Below are positions 35,659 through 48,685 of a DNA stretch of 64,000 bases, piece after piece. The DNA comes from the human T2T-CHM13v2.0 reference genome, Homo sapiens, in the NCBI RefSeq assembly GCF_009914755.1, contig NC_060940.1. One strand, 5' to 3'. Position numbers and translations under genes: made by a program. Within the stretch, counting starts at the first letter, position 1. Each line of letters begins with the position of its first letter. The notes under the pieces were generated by a model. That model did no database searches and was not told where the DNA came from. It saw nothing but the letters and a program-made list of their open reading frames with translations.

Positions 35659-38454
35659 TTAAAAATTCTTTCTAATGCTTCCTGGCTTGAGATTTAATAT
35701 CCTGGTGACTCTATCTTTGGTTTTCATTTTCACAGGCCTTATCACAACTTATTGAGGGCTTTGAAGGAACTTCTTCCTCTTTGATATTCCTGTATGGACA
35801 GGGTGAAGTGTAAAGGGATGGCCAACAACAGTGGTTTTAAAAAATTGGGGTGTATCATTAAAAAAAGCCCTGGGAATCTCAAAACCATAGCTGTGATGCC
35901 TCTGGGTAAACATTCGAAATCACTTCTTGACCTGAACATACCTCCTGGGCTTAAAACTCCTTCACCTTCTGGGTTTCCTTCCCTCCATTGTCTGCAACAT
36001 TGAGTCATTTGCAAAGACCCCTCCTGGTTCACCATGGCCTCACAATGGTCCACCCCTGCTGAACCCCCAACTGCTGCCTCAGCTCAGACCCCCTTCCCAT
36101 CCGTCTTGCCTGTCTCTCTTCCATGCACGTTGCTGTGTGAACAGTACTCTTCCATAAGACCATCTCTGGCCATACCTCATCCTTGTGATGTTGGCCATGG
36201 AATAGCGGGTGGTTGTTCAGGATAAAAATCGCAGTGTTTAGATTGGAGGCTCCCAAATCCAACCCCCCAACCACCACCTGTCGTGGCTGCTGATGACCTT
36301 GGATGACTGGCTTAACTTTGGGTCTCACATTTATTCCTCATCCGTAAAATGGAACGAATAGAAGTAGCCACCTTAAAGAGTTGATCAGATGCAGAATGGC
36401 TATAACAGCTTGACACAGAGTAAATGCCCAATTAAATTAAAAGGTAGCGGTCACGTTTATTACCACTTCTCACTTTTGTATGACATTCAGTATCTGATCT
36501 AGTGTCCTACGTGTAGTAGGTGCTCAATAATAGTTTCCCTTTCTTGTTTTTCAAGGAGACGTGCATCCAAACGTAAGAAGCACACACAAGGGATATATGA
36601 GTTTTGCAACAACATTGAGACAATAGAGAAATGTACGAAGTAAAAAATGGAAGCTTCTCCCTTCTCATTTCCATGCCAGCAGTAACCTATGCCAATGGTG
36701 TTCTAAGCATCCTTCCCAGACAAACATGGCTTGTTTGTTTTGACAAAAATACGATTTTACTAAATGTATGCCCTGCCCCTTGCCACATGTAGATCTGGGC
36801 ATGAGGAATGTTTACTTTCACAGGGGCTGTTTTTTCCCAACGATGTGTAGCTGAAAGTGATCTCTGTGGAAGGGCCCTTGTGTCTGGGATTCCTGCCCTG
36901 TGGGACAGCAAGATGCCATGTTTTTGAGGTTGCTTTCAAATGGTGACTTTTTTTCTTATCAGAGGAGAGAAAATGGGGAAGATGCCCACCTGAGTATCTT
37001 TCTGCATAATACTGGGCCTGAGGTCCTGACGCTAGGGAGGGGTGTTTGCCGCTTTGGGCAAATGTCCAAAATTCCACAGCAGGACACCCTGGTTCAAAAC
37101 AGGAGAGTTGAACCTTTGTCTCCGCTTTCTCTTTAGTGCCACAGGCAAGAGCAATTCTGACCGAGAATAATTTTGAGAGAACGAGCTTCTGCATCGGTAT
37201 AAAAACAGTTATTTTGCAAAAGGGCAAAACTGAAAAAAAGTTGTTTTAAGGAGCATTGCAGTTATAGAAATGTGTCGCCTAAAATACTTTGTAACGGTTT
37301 GTGGGAATGCTCCCAGCCACATTCTGAGAGGACTCTGGGTGAGAGTTTCCAAGGGGGATGTAAAAAACCAACCCAACCCTGCCAGCGTGCCCGGCCCACC
37401 AGCGATGTCACAACACACAGTGCTGAGTGCCCGATGTGGGGCCCACGAGGAGCCAGCCTGGCGCTGACGCTTCGCGTTAGGATGGACGAGCTGAGGATTC
37501 GTTCTCAGGGCAGCGGATGCCTCTGCCTGACCCCTTGGTTCCAGTACATTCTTTCAAATGCCGGATTCTTAAAGGAAAGCTTTGCACTTGATTAAGAAGA
37601 AAAAAGAAGTCCACCCACCACTTCCTCAATTGTCACGGCTCTTTCACCACTGGGAATGATGAAGATTAAGTAAAAATAGACACAGTCATGATTTGTTACT
37701 TAGCGAGGAATACCAGGGCCGCGCTCAAGCCGGCGCCCCGCACGTCCAGGCTCTTCCCACTGGTTCCCACCCCTGCTCCTGCGTCTGCACCACCCACTCT
37801 TTCCCGGCCTAGATGCCTGCTCAGCGACACTCTGAGAGATCTCCTGAGCCTCCCTTTCTCCTTGCCCTTGGAAAAATGGAGACGCAGCTACAAATCCCTC
37901 ATCTCAGTGATGGGTTCATGGCAGGGGAAGACGGTCAGGGCCACGTTGCTCAGGGAATCTCAGTGCCTTCACACCGGCTCTGTGATGCGGGGCTCAGAAC
38001 ATACGCTCCTTCTCGAGCCTATGGAAACGCCACCAGTTACCTGCTAACTTGGTGTCCTGCCACACCGTGTGGTCACCAAGATCAAGGAAGGGCTGGGAAG
38101 CAGAGCGAGCAGCAGACTGGAGGCCCAGGTGCTTGGCTGCGCACAGGCTGTGTGCCCTGGGCAGGCTGAGCAGCCTCTCTGGGCTTTCATTTCTGCATCT
38201 TTAAGATGGGTGTAGGAATCCCAGCCCTCCCTAACTCACCCGGTGAGCTGGCAGCGGACCGTGTGCCAACAGCGACCGCAGCTGCTACGTGTGGAAGGCC
38301 TGAAGAACGCCAGGGCCTGTGTGTTGAGTTCCATCCACCCCTCACTTGAAGTGGGGAGCCCGAGGCACAGAGAGGAGAAAGAACTTGCCCCAGCGGGGAA
38401 ATCATAGAGCCAGGATTTCAACCCAGGCAGTTTAACAGGGGAGCGGCGTGGTGG

Positions 38455-38770
38455 ACCAGAACTTTCTGCATGGGTAGACACACTCTATTGTCTGCTTGTC
38501 CAACACAGAATCTGAATTCTGAACTTTAATTTTAACTTAAATGTAAGCGACACATGGCTTCCTGAAGGGACAGTGCAGTTGAGACCCTTGTGCAGCACCG
38601 TCTGCTGGAACTTTCTGTGATGAACGGGAAGTGACCCATGCCCGCACTGTCCAAATGGAGCCACCAGCCGCCATGACACCCGAGTGCCTGATCCTTAACA
38701 GGATGGGATTGTAATCGATTTAAATGCGCATTGCCTAGCTGCAGGTGACCGGTGGCCACCGCTGGGTGGC
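38455..38770 (+). mobile_element. Two adjacent MER3-like hAT fragments
   Basis: gaactttctg at ~38459 and ~38608, with ctgtccaaatggagccaccagcc. Confidence 0.55.
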
Positions 38771-38984
38771 TCCAGTCCTGCTCACTTAACAACGTGCACA
38801 CCCATCTGAGAAGGGCTTGTCTGGCACTCACTGCGTTGTGTCCTAAAGATCCACTTATCTCTTTCTCTCTCTCTGTGTGTGTTTTTCATTTTGATGTGTG
38901 CAGTTCCCAGCAGGGCATATGGTCCACGGGTGGGGCTGAGTAAGTGTTTGCCAATGAGTAGGCTGGATGTCTTGGTTTCAATAC

Positions 38985-39530
38985 TCATTCACCAAAAGTT
39001 GCATTGAGAATTCTGCAGCTGCCGGGCACGGTTCTGGGTACTGGGCAGATATGAGCCATGTATCTCTGGAGGGGGACATGGATGACCAAACAGCTGAATA
39101 TGGAATTACAGCCTGAAAGGAAAATATAGGGTGGCATTGGGGACGCAATGGGGTGCCCGCTTCAGACAGATGCCCGGGGGGGTTCTCTGAGGACCCACCT
39201 GAGGGTCCATTTAGGCTGCAGCCTAGAGGATGGGAGGAAGGGAGGAGTGGGGTTGGAGGTTGGGGAAGAGCTGTTCAGGAACGTGGAACAGCCAGTGCAA
39301 AGGCCCTGGGAGGGAAGATGCCTGGTGTGTGCGAGGCAACCAGAGGCCAGTGTGTCGGGAGGCATGGTGCTGAGAGATGGGCTGGCTTGAGAGGGAACTA
39401 GGAGGCCCGTGTGTCGGGAGGCGCGGTGCTGAGAGGTGGGCTGGCTTGAGAGGGAACCAGGAGGCCCGTGTGTTGGGAGATACGGTGCTGAGAGATGGGC
39501 TGGCTTGCTCCGTTCACTCCCTATTACGAC
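38985..39530 (-). mobile_element. L2 containing a 59-bp tandem repeat
   Basis: cattcaccaaaagttgcattgag..ggaacagccagtgcaaaggccctgggag. Confidence 0.7.
39338..39507. repeat. 59-bp minisatellite, ~3 copies
   Basis: Unit ggaggcccgtgtgtcgggaggcgcggtgctgagaggtgggctggcttgagagggaacca. Confidence 0.9.
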
Positions 39531-39858
39531 CTTTTGCACACCAGGGTTGGGAGCCTCACGTTGTGTGTATCACCTATATACAAATTTCCCAGATCTTCAG
39601 GGGATGCTGAGCTGTTTTAATGATGTGATAGAAATCCTGGTTCCCATGGAAGACTTGCAAAGGATTGTCGTGTTACAGAGCAAGTCAGTTACCCAGCAGG
39701 GAAAGTGCTAAACCCACAGGCAGAAACTTGCCTGTAGCAAAATAATTCTTATATTTGACAAACATACATACGTAGCATTTACTGTGTGCTCAGTGTAGCT
39801 GTATGAACTCTAAATATGAACCGGTTGAATCCTCCCAGCAGCCCCACAGGGAAAAGTA

Positions 39859-39992
39859 CCATCATCATCATCATCATTGTTGTCACCATAATCGCCTTCA
39901 TCATCACCACCACCACCGTCACCATCACCACCATCATGACTGTCACCACCATCCGCCTCATCACCATCATCACCACCATGATCATCATCATT
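39859..39992. repeat. (CAT/CAC)n degenerate trinucleotide repeat inside an antisense MIR
   Basis: catcatcatcat..caccaccacc, followed by the MIR core cccatttcacagctgggg. Confidence 0.9.
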
Positions 39993-40058
39993 CCCATTTC
40001 ACAGCTGGGGGAAGAGATGCTCAGAGAAGATAGCTAAGTTGCCTGAGGTTTGTGTGAC

Positions 40059-40550
40059 TGGCAGAATAATTCTGTTCATCCTGCCCTGCAAAGACGTCCC
40101 CACTCCAGGACTGTGAATGTGTTACCTGACGTGGAAAAGGGACTTTGCAGGTGTGATTAAATTAAGGATCTTGCGAGGAGGAGATTGCTCTGGATTATAT
40201 AGGTGGACCATCACAAGGGTCTTTGTAAGAGGGAGGGAGGCAGCGCGTCAGAGTTAGAGATGGAGCTTGCGATGAGGGAAGTAGAGTCAGAGAGACACTG
40301 GAAGATGCTGGCTTTGAAGGTAGAGGAAGAGGCCAAGAAATATGGCGGCCTTTAGAAGCTGGGAAGGGCAAGAAAAGAGATTCTTCCCTGGAGCGTCCAG
40401 GAGGAGCACAGCCCTGTGACACACTGACTTTAGCCCAGTGAGACCTGTGTCAGATTCCTGACCTCCAGAACAGTCAGAGAATCAACGCCTGCTGTTCCAA
40501 GCTGCTAAACTTGTGGTCATATGTTATGGCAGCCATAGGAGCTGAATGCA
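40059..40550 (+). mobile_element. MLT1D-like MaLR LTR
   Basis: ctgtgaatgtgttacc..aaagggactttgcaggtgtgattaaattaaggatctt..ttcctgacctccagaac..gcagccatagga. Confidence 0.85.
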
Positions 40551-40556
40551 GTCTTA

Positions 40557-40933
<377 letters not shown>

Positions 40934-41689
40934 CTATGCCCCTCCTGGAGCAGTGATGGACTCACTGTGGTGCCGTGCGCAGCCCAGGACTTCCCTGAGG
41001 CTCCAGCTGTGTCTGAGCACAGCACAGGCAGACTCCAAACCCACGGCACCCACCCCTTGGCTGCTTATCCCACTACAGGGGTATTTCTGGGCTGTGACTT
41101 GGGCTGGAGAAGGTGGTGGAGGGTCCATGTTGCTGCACTAGTGTGCTGCTGACTTCTGAGCTATGATCTAGTAGGATCTGGGAAGAATAACTTTTGCCCA
41201 TGCCTGAACAAACCCACTGAAACACAGGAAAAGCTGCCCCAGTGGGCTTGGAATGTAGTCAGCCCGACCCGCTGCCTCTTCACGCCTGACGACCAAGGCG
41301 TGCACTTACAAAGGGCTGAAATGAATGTTCCTAGGCGCCCAGCTGGTCAGGCCTGGATCTTTCACATAAAAAGGGATGGGGGGCAAAGACAATGAGAAGC
41401 GGGGGACAGAGGGTGGAGAGAAAACATAAGGCCTCCCGCAGTGCCTGGCCTGAGTTTGAGGGACACGGGGTCCCGGGGTGAATTGTGGTTGGGGGGAGCG
41501 GCTGGGGTGGGAGGATGACTCGGCAGCTGCACTTTCTCTGATTCTGCCAAGTCCCCCAGGAGCCTAGATGGACCTGTGAGCACCAGGGGCCGAGGACCCC
41601 GGTGGGGTGGGAACCACCAGCAACAGGAAGAATCTGAAGGAGAGGAACTTGGCAGAAACCCGACTTCTCTAAAAATATTCAAAGCCCGT

Positions 41690-41875
41690 GGCCCACAGAG
41701 GCTGGATTGCGAGGCTCCTGGGCTCCAGCAGCCGCGTCTCTGACCGTTGAGACCTGGCGCGGTCCAGGCGTTGAGCAATAGGGCTGCGCCCGGTGTCATG
41801 CCCGCCGCCCACCCCGCCCTGCCTGCTCCACTTACACGGAGACGAGAGGCAGCTGCTGGTGTGGCCGCGTGTGCA
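41690..41875. promoter_or_regulatory. Small CpG/GC-box cluster (candidate promoter or enhancer)
   Basis: Non-repeat CpG-rich patch with gcccgccgcccaccccgccc (Sp/KLF boxes) at ~41800-41820. Confidence 0.35.
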
Positions 41876-43118
41876 TGTGGCCATGTGTGTCTATGTGTGG
41901 CCATGCGTGTGTGAGTGTGGCCTCTCGTGTCAGTGGGTGGGCCTGCTGTCGGCTCCTGCAGTCCCCTGTGGCCTCTTCTCCAAGGACAGGTAGCAGAGCC
42001 CTCCTGTGAACCCAGCACAGATCCTGGGCTGGCTGTGGTCCGGGAGGGCCAGAGCATAAGGGAATAAGTGTGGAGCGCTCGCTCTAGGCCCAGCCCTGTG
42101 CTAAGCAGATCATAGCTGTAACCCAAGACACTATGAGATAAGAACTACTTTTGGCCCTATCGTACAGAGTCTGAGATGAATTCAGAGAGGTCGAGTTGTT
42201 TGCCTGAGGCCACACAGTGATGGGTGAAGCTGGAGGAAGCCAGCCTGCAGGGTGGTGCCCCTAATGCTCCACTCCACGGCGTCGTCGAGGACGGACACCC
42301 CAGAGCCAACCCAGGGCCAGGGGGCCCGCATTCCCCAACACCAACCATTGACCTGGAAGGTGGGGGCTCTTGCCTCTACCGCCAGGTCGCTTGGGGCTTC
42401 TAAAGCCTTTGGCTGTTCTGCAAGGAGGTCTTCGGGGGTCTTAGTGTGGGGAGATGAGGGATGGCAAGCCGAGGGTGGGGAGGCTCTAAGGCCCCCAGCT
42501 AAGAATCGTTCAGGTGGGACTGAGACATTCATCCTCCGTCTCAGACGTCTAAGATGTCTGTCCTTGTCTGAGACACAGCTGAGGTCTGGCTGTCTCTCTT
42601 AGGCCCTCAACTCCAGGAGGCATCAGAACTGGGCGAGAGCATGGGGCGCCAAGAGCAAGCTCCAGATTCACAGGAGCTGCTGCCTCTCAGCCCCTTCTCT
42701 GCGCTGGTCAGGCCTCTCAGCCCACCGGAAGGGCAGCGGGGCCAGCTCTCTTTTCCTTCCTGGTGTCTGGCTCTGCAGCTGACGGTTGGCTCCTCCGCAG
42801 CCCCTGCTGCGCTTCCTCATCTGCAGAGCAGAGCTGCGTCGGGGGCACTGCTGCAGGCGGGGGACCTGGTCCTCCCTCAGCGGGGTGTCCGCTCTGTGTC
42901 CTCGCCTTCCCTGGACCCTCCTGCCATTCATTCTGGGGCTGTCCGGGGTGGTCACAGGCATGATGGGGTGGAAGGCGCATGCTGCCCAGTCCCTGGTAGA
43001 CCAGGTGGAAATGGAGGTGCCCAGCTTTGAGGTGTCTGCCACTGGTGGCCCCGAGCCCGGGTCCTGGATCCCAGCTGCGGGCTCACCTTCTAGCACCCTC
43101 CCAGCCACTCTCCAGCCA

Positions 43119-43224
43119 CAGGAGCCTCCCTGTGCCTTGGTTTAGGGACACAGGGACAAGAGCCTCTGTCTCAGGAGCCTCCCCATGCCTTGGCTTAGAG
43201 ACACAGGGACAAGAGCCTCTGCCT
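43119..43224. repeat. 53-bp tandem duplication
   Basis: caggagcctccc..gccttgg.ttag.gacacagggacaagagcctctg.ct x2. Confidence 0.9.
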
Positions 43225-45085
43225 CTTGGACAGTTGTGAGGATTAAGGAATCCCTCATGCGGCATTCTTAGCCCTGTGCCTGGAACCATGTGGCTGGGAT
43301 TGTCACCTGATCAAAGGCAGGGCGAAGGTGTGCTGAGTCCTGCCTTGGCCAGGAAGGGATGTCTACAGTCAGCCCCATCACCCCATTTTGCAGATGAGGA
43401 AATCGCCCGAGGATGGATCCGACTTGTGGTTTCAATGGAGCCCTCATTCTTCTCTTCACTTACCCTCTCCGTGAGGAGGAAGCCAGTGCACATCAAGCGT
43501 TTCCTGTGTAGCACAGACTCTTCTCCCAAACATCTTTGCATTCTGCACTGGTGAGGGCCAGTGGTGCCACACCAATGTCCCAATTCACCTTGGGAACGTC
43601 CTTGAGCGCATTTCTTTTTGTCTGTAGAAGTAAAAGAGTAGAACTGAATGCCGAAGCCAGCAAGCTGTTGGAACCTTGGAAACGCAGAGGGCATGAAGGC
43701 TGAGTCCGGGGTCCTACAGTCAGAGGCTCGCATTCAAATCTTGCCTCTGCCTGTAATTGCCGTGGGACCCTAGCAGGTGACTTAGCCATGCCCTGCCTGG
43801 GTTTACCTACCTGTAAAGAGCCCTTGTAAGGATGAAAGTAGGTGGCACAGACCAAGCATCTGTACCTGGCAGACCAGTCCTTAATAAACACGAATTATTG
43901 TTACTATTATCTTGATTGACATTTTCATTTTAACGCATAGGAAACAGGCCTGGAGAGAGGAAGTCCGTTTCGTGATGGCTGGAGAAAGGGCGTCTCCTGA
44001 CCCCTCATCCAGAGCTGTCTGTGCTTCCCTTGGCAGCAAGATGACTGATGGAGCCCAGACAAAATTTTAGTTCCTTCAAAGAAGTGTTTTGCTTTCGGGG
44101 CCGTTGCTCAGTAACCCTGGGGCCGCTGGCTGAAGGCAGCATAGGCACTTCTCAACAAGCTCTTGAGTACACGCCTGGGGAGACGGGGCCTCATTGTCAG
44201 GGGGAGACCAGCCAGGCTGCCCTCACCGCGTTCTCTCTGTCTTTCGCGGCAGCCCTGCAGTCCTGGTCCTGATGAGCGGGAGCCACAGCATGTGGCCTTG
44301 GGAACAGCTCTTAGCCACTGGGAGTCTTGGTTTCCTTACCCGTAATATGAACGCAGAGGCTCCGAGCTCCAAGCATGGTCAGACTTAGTCACGTTTTCAC
44401 CCTGCAATGGAGGGATGTTTTCGAAACATTTTTTTTGACACCGTGTCCGCCCAGGAAATACCCTGAGAAAATTAGACAACTAAATGATATTGACTGTTCT
44501 CATGAATTACTCCAATAATTTGTTTTTTCCTTGACCTGCAGGTTAAAGTCAGCATTCATTGATCTGCTACATAAAGTAACATTTCTTCTAATTCCAAATG
44601 TAACATGGGCTTAATTTGGAAAACCTGGAAAACAAGAGACAAACAAAACGTTGGAGGGGAAAAAAGAAAAAACCCAACAGTGTGGGGAAATTAAAAAAAA
44701 AAATCCCCAAACAAAAAGAAAATGAAAAGGAAAGTCAAACATTTATCACGAGATAGGAAGCTGTCATAAAACTCTTGTGTTTCTTGGAAACACTGTCCTG
44801 CTCCCAGTTTGGAGGGCCATAAAAATCTCAGGTTATTGCCTTTGCAGATGCCCTCTGGGAGCCTGCTGGAGGAAAGTCTTCATTTTCTAGAACCTTCTAC
44901 CCTTCGGATACGTAGTGACACCAACCACGAGGTGGTCGGTGTGGAGGGGCAGCCCTGGTCTTGCACCTCCAGCAGGTTGCATGTTCTGGACTCTGATGGC
45001 CCAGAGGGACCCTTCTTTCTGCAATTTTCTAGGCAACTTGCAAGAGTTTCTTAACGTCTGTGCCCCTTACTTTCCCCATCTGTGA

Positions 45086-45462
<377 letters not shown>

Positions 45463-45539
45463 CCCAAGCATTCATTTAATAAAAAACTATTGCTTTAAGA
45501 ACAGAGCATGGGAGAAGCAGATGGAGAACTGGAATGGCA

Positions 45540-45750
45540 TTAGCTTCCCAGAAACCCCCATCCTGTCCCTTCAGATCACCACCTAGACCCCCATGGGGAA
45601 CCCCTATCCTAACTTCTAACAATGTAGATCAGTTTTGCCTGGTTTGGAAACCTGGGTAAATGGCATTGCTGTGTGGACTCTTATATGTGGCTTCTCTTAC
45701 TAAATATCAAGTTTGGGAAATCATCCATGTTTTTACATGTAGTTGTTCCC
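45540..45750 (-). mobile_element. L1ME-type fragment
   Basis: ctatcctaacttctaacaatgtagatcagttttgcctgg..aatcatccatgtt. Confidence 0.6.
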
Positions 45751-46377
45751 TGGAGCAGCTTCCACGACTTGCCTGGAGGCTGTCAGAAGACAAAAGACAC
45801 ATAGGCCACTTCCAGTTTCATAGATTCTGCTGGTTTGTTTTTTTTAAATAAAGAAATGCCAGAACACAGATGCACACACAAACAGAAGGTCAGCATTCAC
45901 AGGTGGACACCTTCCTCCAGTGTTGAGTGACTGTGTGCGTGGATGCCTCCGTAAGTCCAACACTGACACTCTCTGTGAGTTGGGGCAGCCCTGCCCTAGT
46001 GTGTGAAGCTCTGGTCTTGTTAGCACTCGGTCCCTCCCAGCTGAGAAACACTGCCCAGCACACAGCAGCGGCCCGGCATCTGTCGATCAAACACATGAAT
46101 GCACAAATGAACGAATGGGACTCAATCATCATAGGAGGAAAAGCAGAGGAAAGAATGTATTCTGATCTCCATGCCCAGGGCTGTCCTCCAGGTCCAAGGA
46201 GCAGAGGAGATCAGCTCATCGTGTCGGATAAGGGACACCTGTCCCCTGGGAGCAGCTGCTATGGCCTCTGTTGCAGATATCTGTTCTACTTTCTCTTTCA
46301 CTTTCTTTCTTATCCCTGCATTTCAAGTTGGGGTGCAAAGCAGGGTAGGGCCATAAAGACAGGGGATGTTGTAGCAA

Positions 46378-46603
46378 AGAGCTTGGAGGCTGCTCTCTTG
46401 GCTTGGAGCTTAGTCCAGGGGTCCCTCAGCCCTGAGATGCTGGGGATGGGGCCCGAGGGTCTCCACCTGCTTCCTGCTCCCATTCCCTGATGGCCATGTG
46501 GGAGTCCAGGAGGTCATCCGAGTGTGTGGCAGTGCAAGGATGTTGGGGTGCAGGGATCCCTCCCTGTCCAGCACACTCTTGACACCCCCATGCCCCAGCG
46601 CCT
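46378..46603 (+). repeat. Local direct duplication, copy 1 (226 bp)
   Basis: ~96% identical to 48461-48685 (7 substitutions, 1 indel by eye). Confidence 0.95.
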
Positions 46604-46742
46604 CCAAAGTCCCACCCCAGGGGCTCATGCCACATCCAGTGGGTGTTTGGGGTCACTGAGAAGACAGGGACAGCTGGAGCAGCAGCCCTCAGATGGCCTC
46701 CACCACCTCCTGGGACCCTTGGCCATGAGGATCCCATGGGCA

Positions 46743-46761
46743 GCAGCGCCCCCTGCTGGCT
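46743..46761 (-). promoter_or_regulatory. CTCF motif
   Basis: Minus strand reads GCCAGCAGGGGGCGCTG, a near-consensus CTCF core. Confidence 0.7.
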
Positions 46762-46964
46762 TATCGTGGACCCTTCCCCCCCCCCCGCCCCCACCACCCC
46801 CCGGCTCTCCTCACCCCGGCTTCTTCCCTGCTCCTCCCCATCCTCCTCTGGGACCTCTAGGACCTTTGATTGTCACTAAGTCCATGCACTGCCTGTTGGG
46901 CTGCTGGATAAGCTGCAGGGTATCAGTGGGGTGGATGAATTAAAAAAGGTGGCCTCCCGAGAAT

Positions 46965-47860
46965 ATGAGCCCATCATTGCACTCCTGGATACATACACTC
47001 CAAAATTCTCACCTGGGGTCCACTGGGGACGTGGATGATGGTGTTATGTGTGCTGGGGAGTGTGGGAACCATCCGATGCCCCTCAGTGAGGGCTGAGTTG
47101 TATGGTGGGCATACCCTGGTTATGCAGCGGCAAGGATGAATTTTAAAAACAAAACACCAATTTAAAACAGTAAAAAAGGGCCAGAATGGGAGGACAATAT
47201 GATACCAACACCTGTATTTACCAGAAGTAAAATGCATGGATCATGTGGATGGTTACAAAAAACATGACAGAGTCCAAGCAGACCAAGTAATTGTGAATCC
47301 CCAGTCTGAGGGTATACTCCAGTCTGAGGGACCGGGACTCCAAGGTTCCCACGTCCAACAGACCTTCCTTCCAACACTCTTCATAGGTGCGCAAGGGAGC
47401 TCGCCTTCTCTTAAGCCTCCCCCTTTAATTGTTTTCTGTAACCTACAAAACGGCAATTTCATGTCATTTAACCAGACAAAGTGTGATGTGTTTCTAGAAT
47501 AGAGAATGCAGCAGTGAATTTGAATGATTAGATCCACATGTAAAAACAGAGATGATTTCCCACACTTGATACTTAGTAAGAGAAGCCAGATACAAGAGTC
47601 CACACATCCTGATGCCATTTATCCAGATTTCCAAACCAGTCAAAACGGATCTACATTGTTAGAAGTTAGGAGAGGGGCTCTCCTTGGGGGTCTGGGTACT
47701 GACTTCCAGGGGGCATGAGGAGGGTTCCTGTTGGGGGCGGGTAAAGCCATTCTATTTCTCTACCCAGTGCTGTTACTGGTGCTTAGTGGGTGAAATTCAC
47801 TGAGCCGTGCACTTAGGATGCATGCGTTTTTCTGAACCTGTGTCATACTTCAATACGACG
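46965..47860 (+). mobile_element. Old L1M 3' fragments (interrupted)
   Basis: cattgcactcctggatacatac..; agaagccagatacaagagtccacacatcctgatgccattta..aaattcactgagccgtgcacttagg. Confidence 0.6.
47291..47397. repeat. Inverted repeat arm A (partner 48278-48379)
   Basis: 32-bp perfect core tccaacagaccttccttccaacactcttcata, reverse-complemented in arm B. Confidence 0.9.
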
Positions 47861-48277
47861 TTCAGAAACGCATGTTTCTAAAGCAACCACGGACAGTGCA
47901 AGGACACCTGAGAACCACAGGACACACATTCAGTGTGGGAGGACAGTTGTCCAGGGTGGGGAGGGTCCAGGAAGCTTCCTTCTGTGCCAGGCATCCTGGG
48001 CCCCTCCTCCAGCTCTCTCCTGAGCGCCTGCATTGCTGGGGGCCTAGACTTGGCTGGCAGGAAAGGAGGAAAGTCCCCTCTAGTTTCTTTTTCTCGACAC
48101 TGAAGGAGGTGACAGGTATTTGTTCCTGAAACTCATGGCTGAGCTAATTTTACACAGTGAGTGAGGCGCTGCAGAGAGAAATGAAACGGTGGCTCGGGGG
48201 GTCTGATCTGGGCAGAATGGAAACCCTCACGGGGCAGCTGGGAGTGGTGAGGGGGAGGCTTCAGAGAAGAGGATCCC

Positions 48278-48379
48278 CCCTTGCATACTTATGAAGAGTG
48301 TTGGAAGGAAGGTCTGTTGGATGTGGGAGCCTCGGAGTCCTGGAATGTCAATGTATACCCTTGGATGGGGAATTCACAA
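48278..48379. repeat. Inverted repeat arm B (partner 47291-47397)
   Basis: tatgaagagtgttggaaggaaggtctgttgga core with similar flanks. Confidence 0.9.
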
Positions 48380-48460
48380 CTACTGGGCCCTCTGAGCCTT
48401 GGTTTCCCCATTTCTAAGGGGACGGGTTGGATAAAATGATGCTTAAAATTCCTGCCATTG

Positions 48461-48685
48461 AGAGCTTGGAGGCTGCTATCTTGGCTTGGAGCTTAGTCCA
48501 GGGTCCCTCAGCCCTGAGGTGCTGGGGATGGGGCCCGAGGGTCTCCCCCTGCTGCCTGCTCCCATTCCCTGATGGCCATGCGGGAGTCCAGGAGGTCATC
48601 TGAGTGTGTGGCAGTGCAAGGATGTTGGGGTGCAGGGATCCCTCCCTGCCCAGCACACTCTTGACACCCCCATGCCCCAGCGCCT
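48461..48685 (+). repeat. Local direct duplication, copy 2 (225 bp)
   Basis: Matches 46378-46603. Confidence 0.95.

Noticed and set aside
39779-40037. Poly-His, poly-Met/Val and Ile/Thr ORFs
   Set aside because: These are translations of a (CAT/CAC)n microsatellite within a MIR
41362-42126. 254-aa minus-strand ORF (and the 210-aa ORF at 5302-5934)
   Set aside because: Non-ATG start, no recognisable domain, and a composition expected by chance in GC-rich DNA
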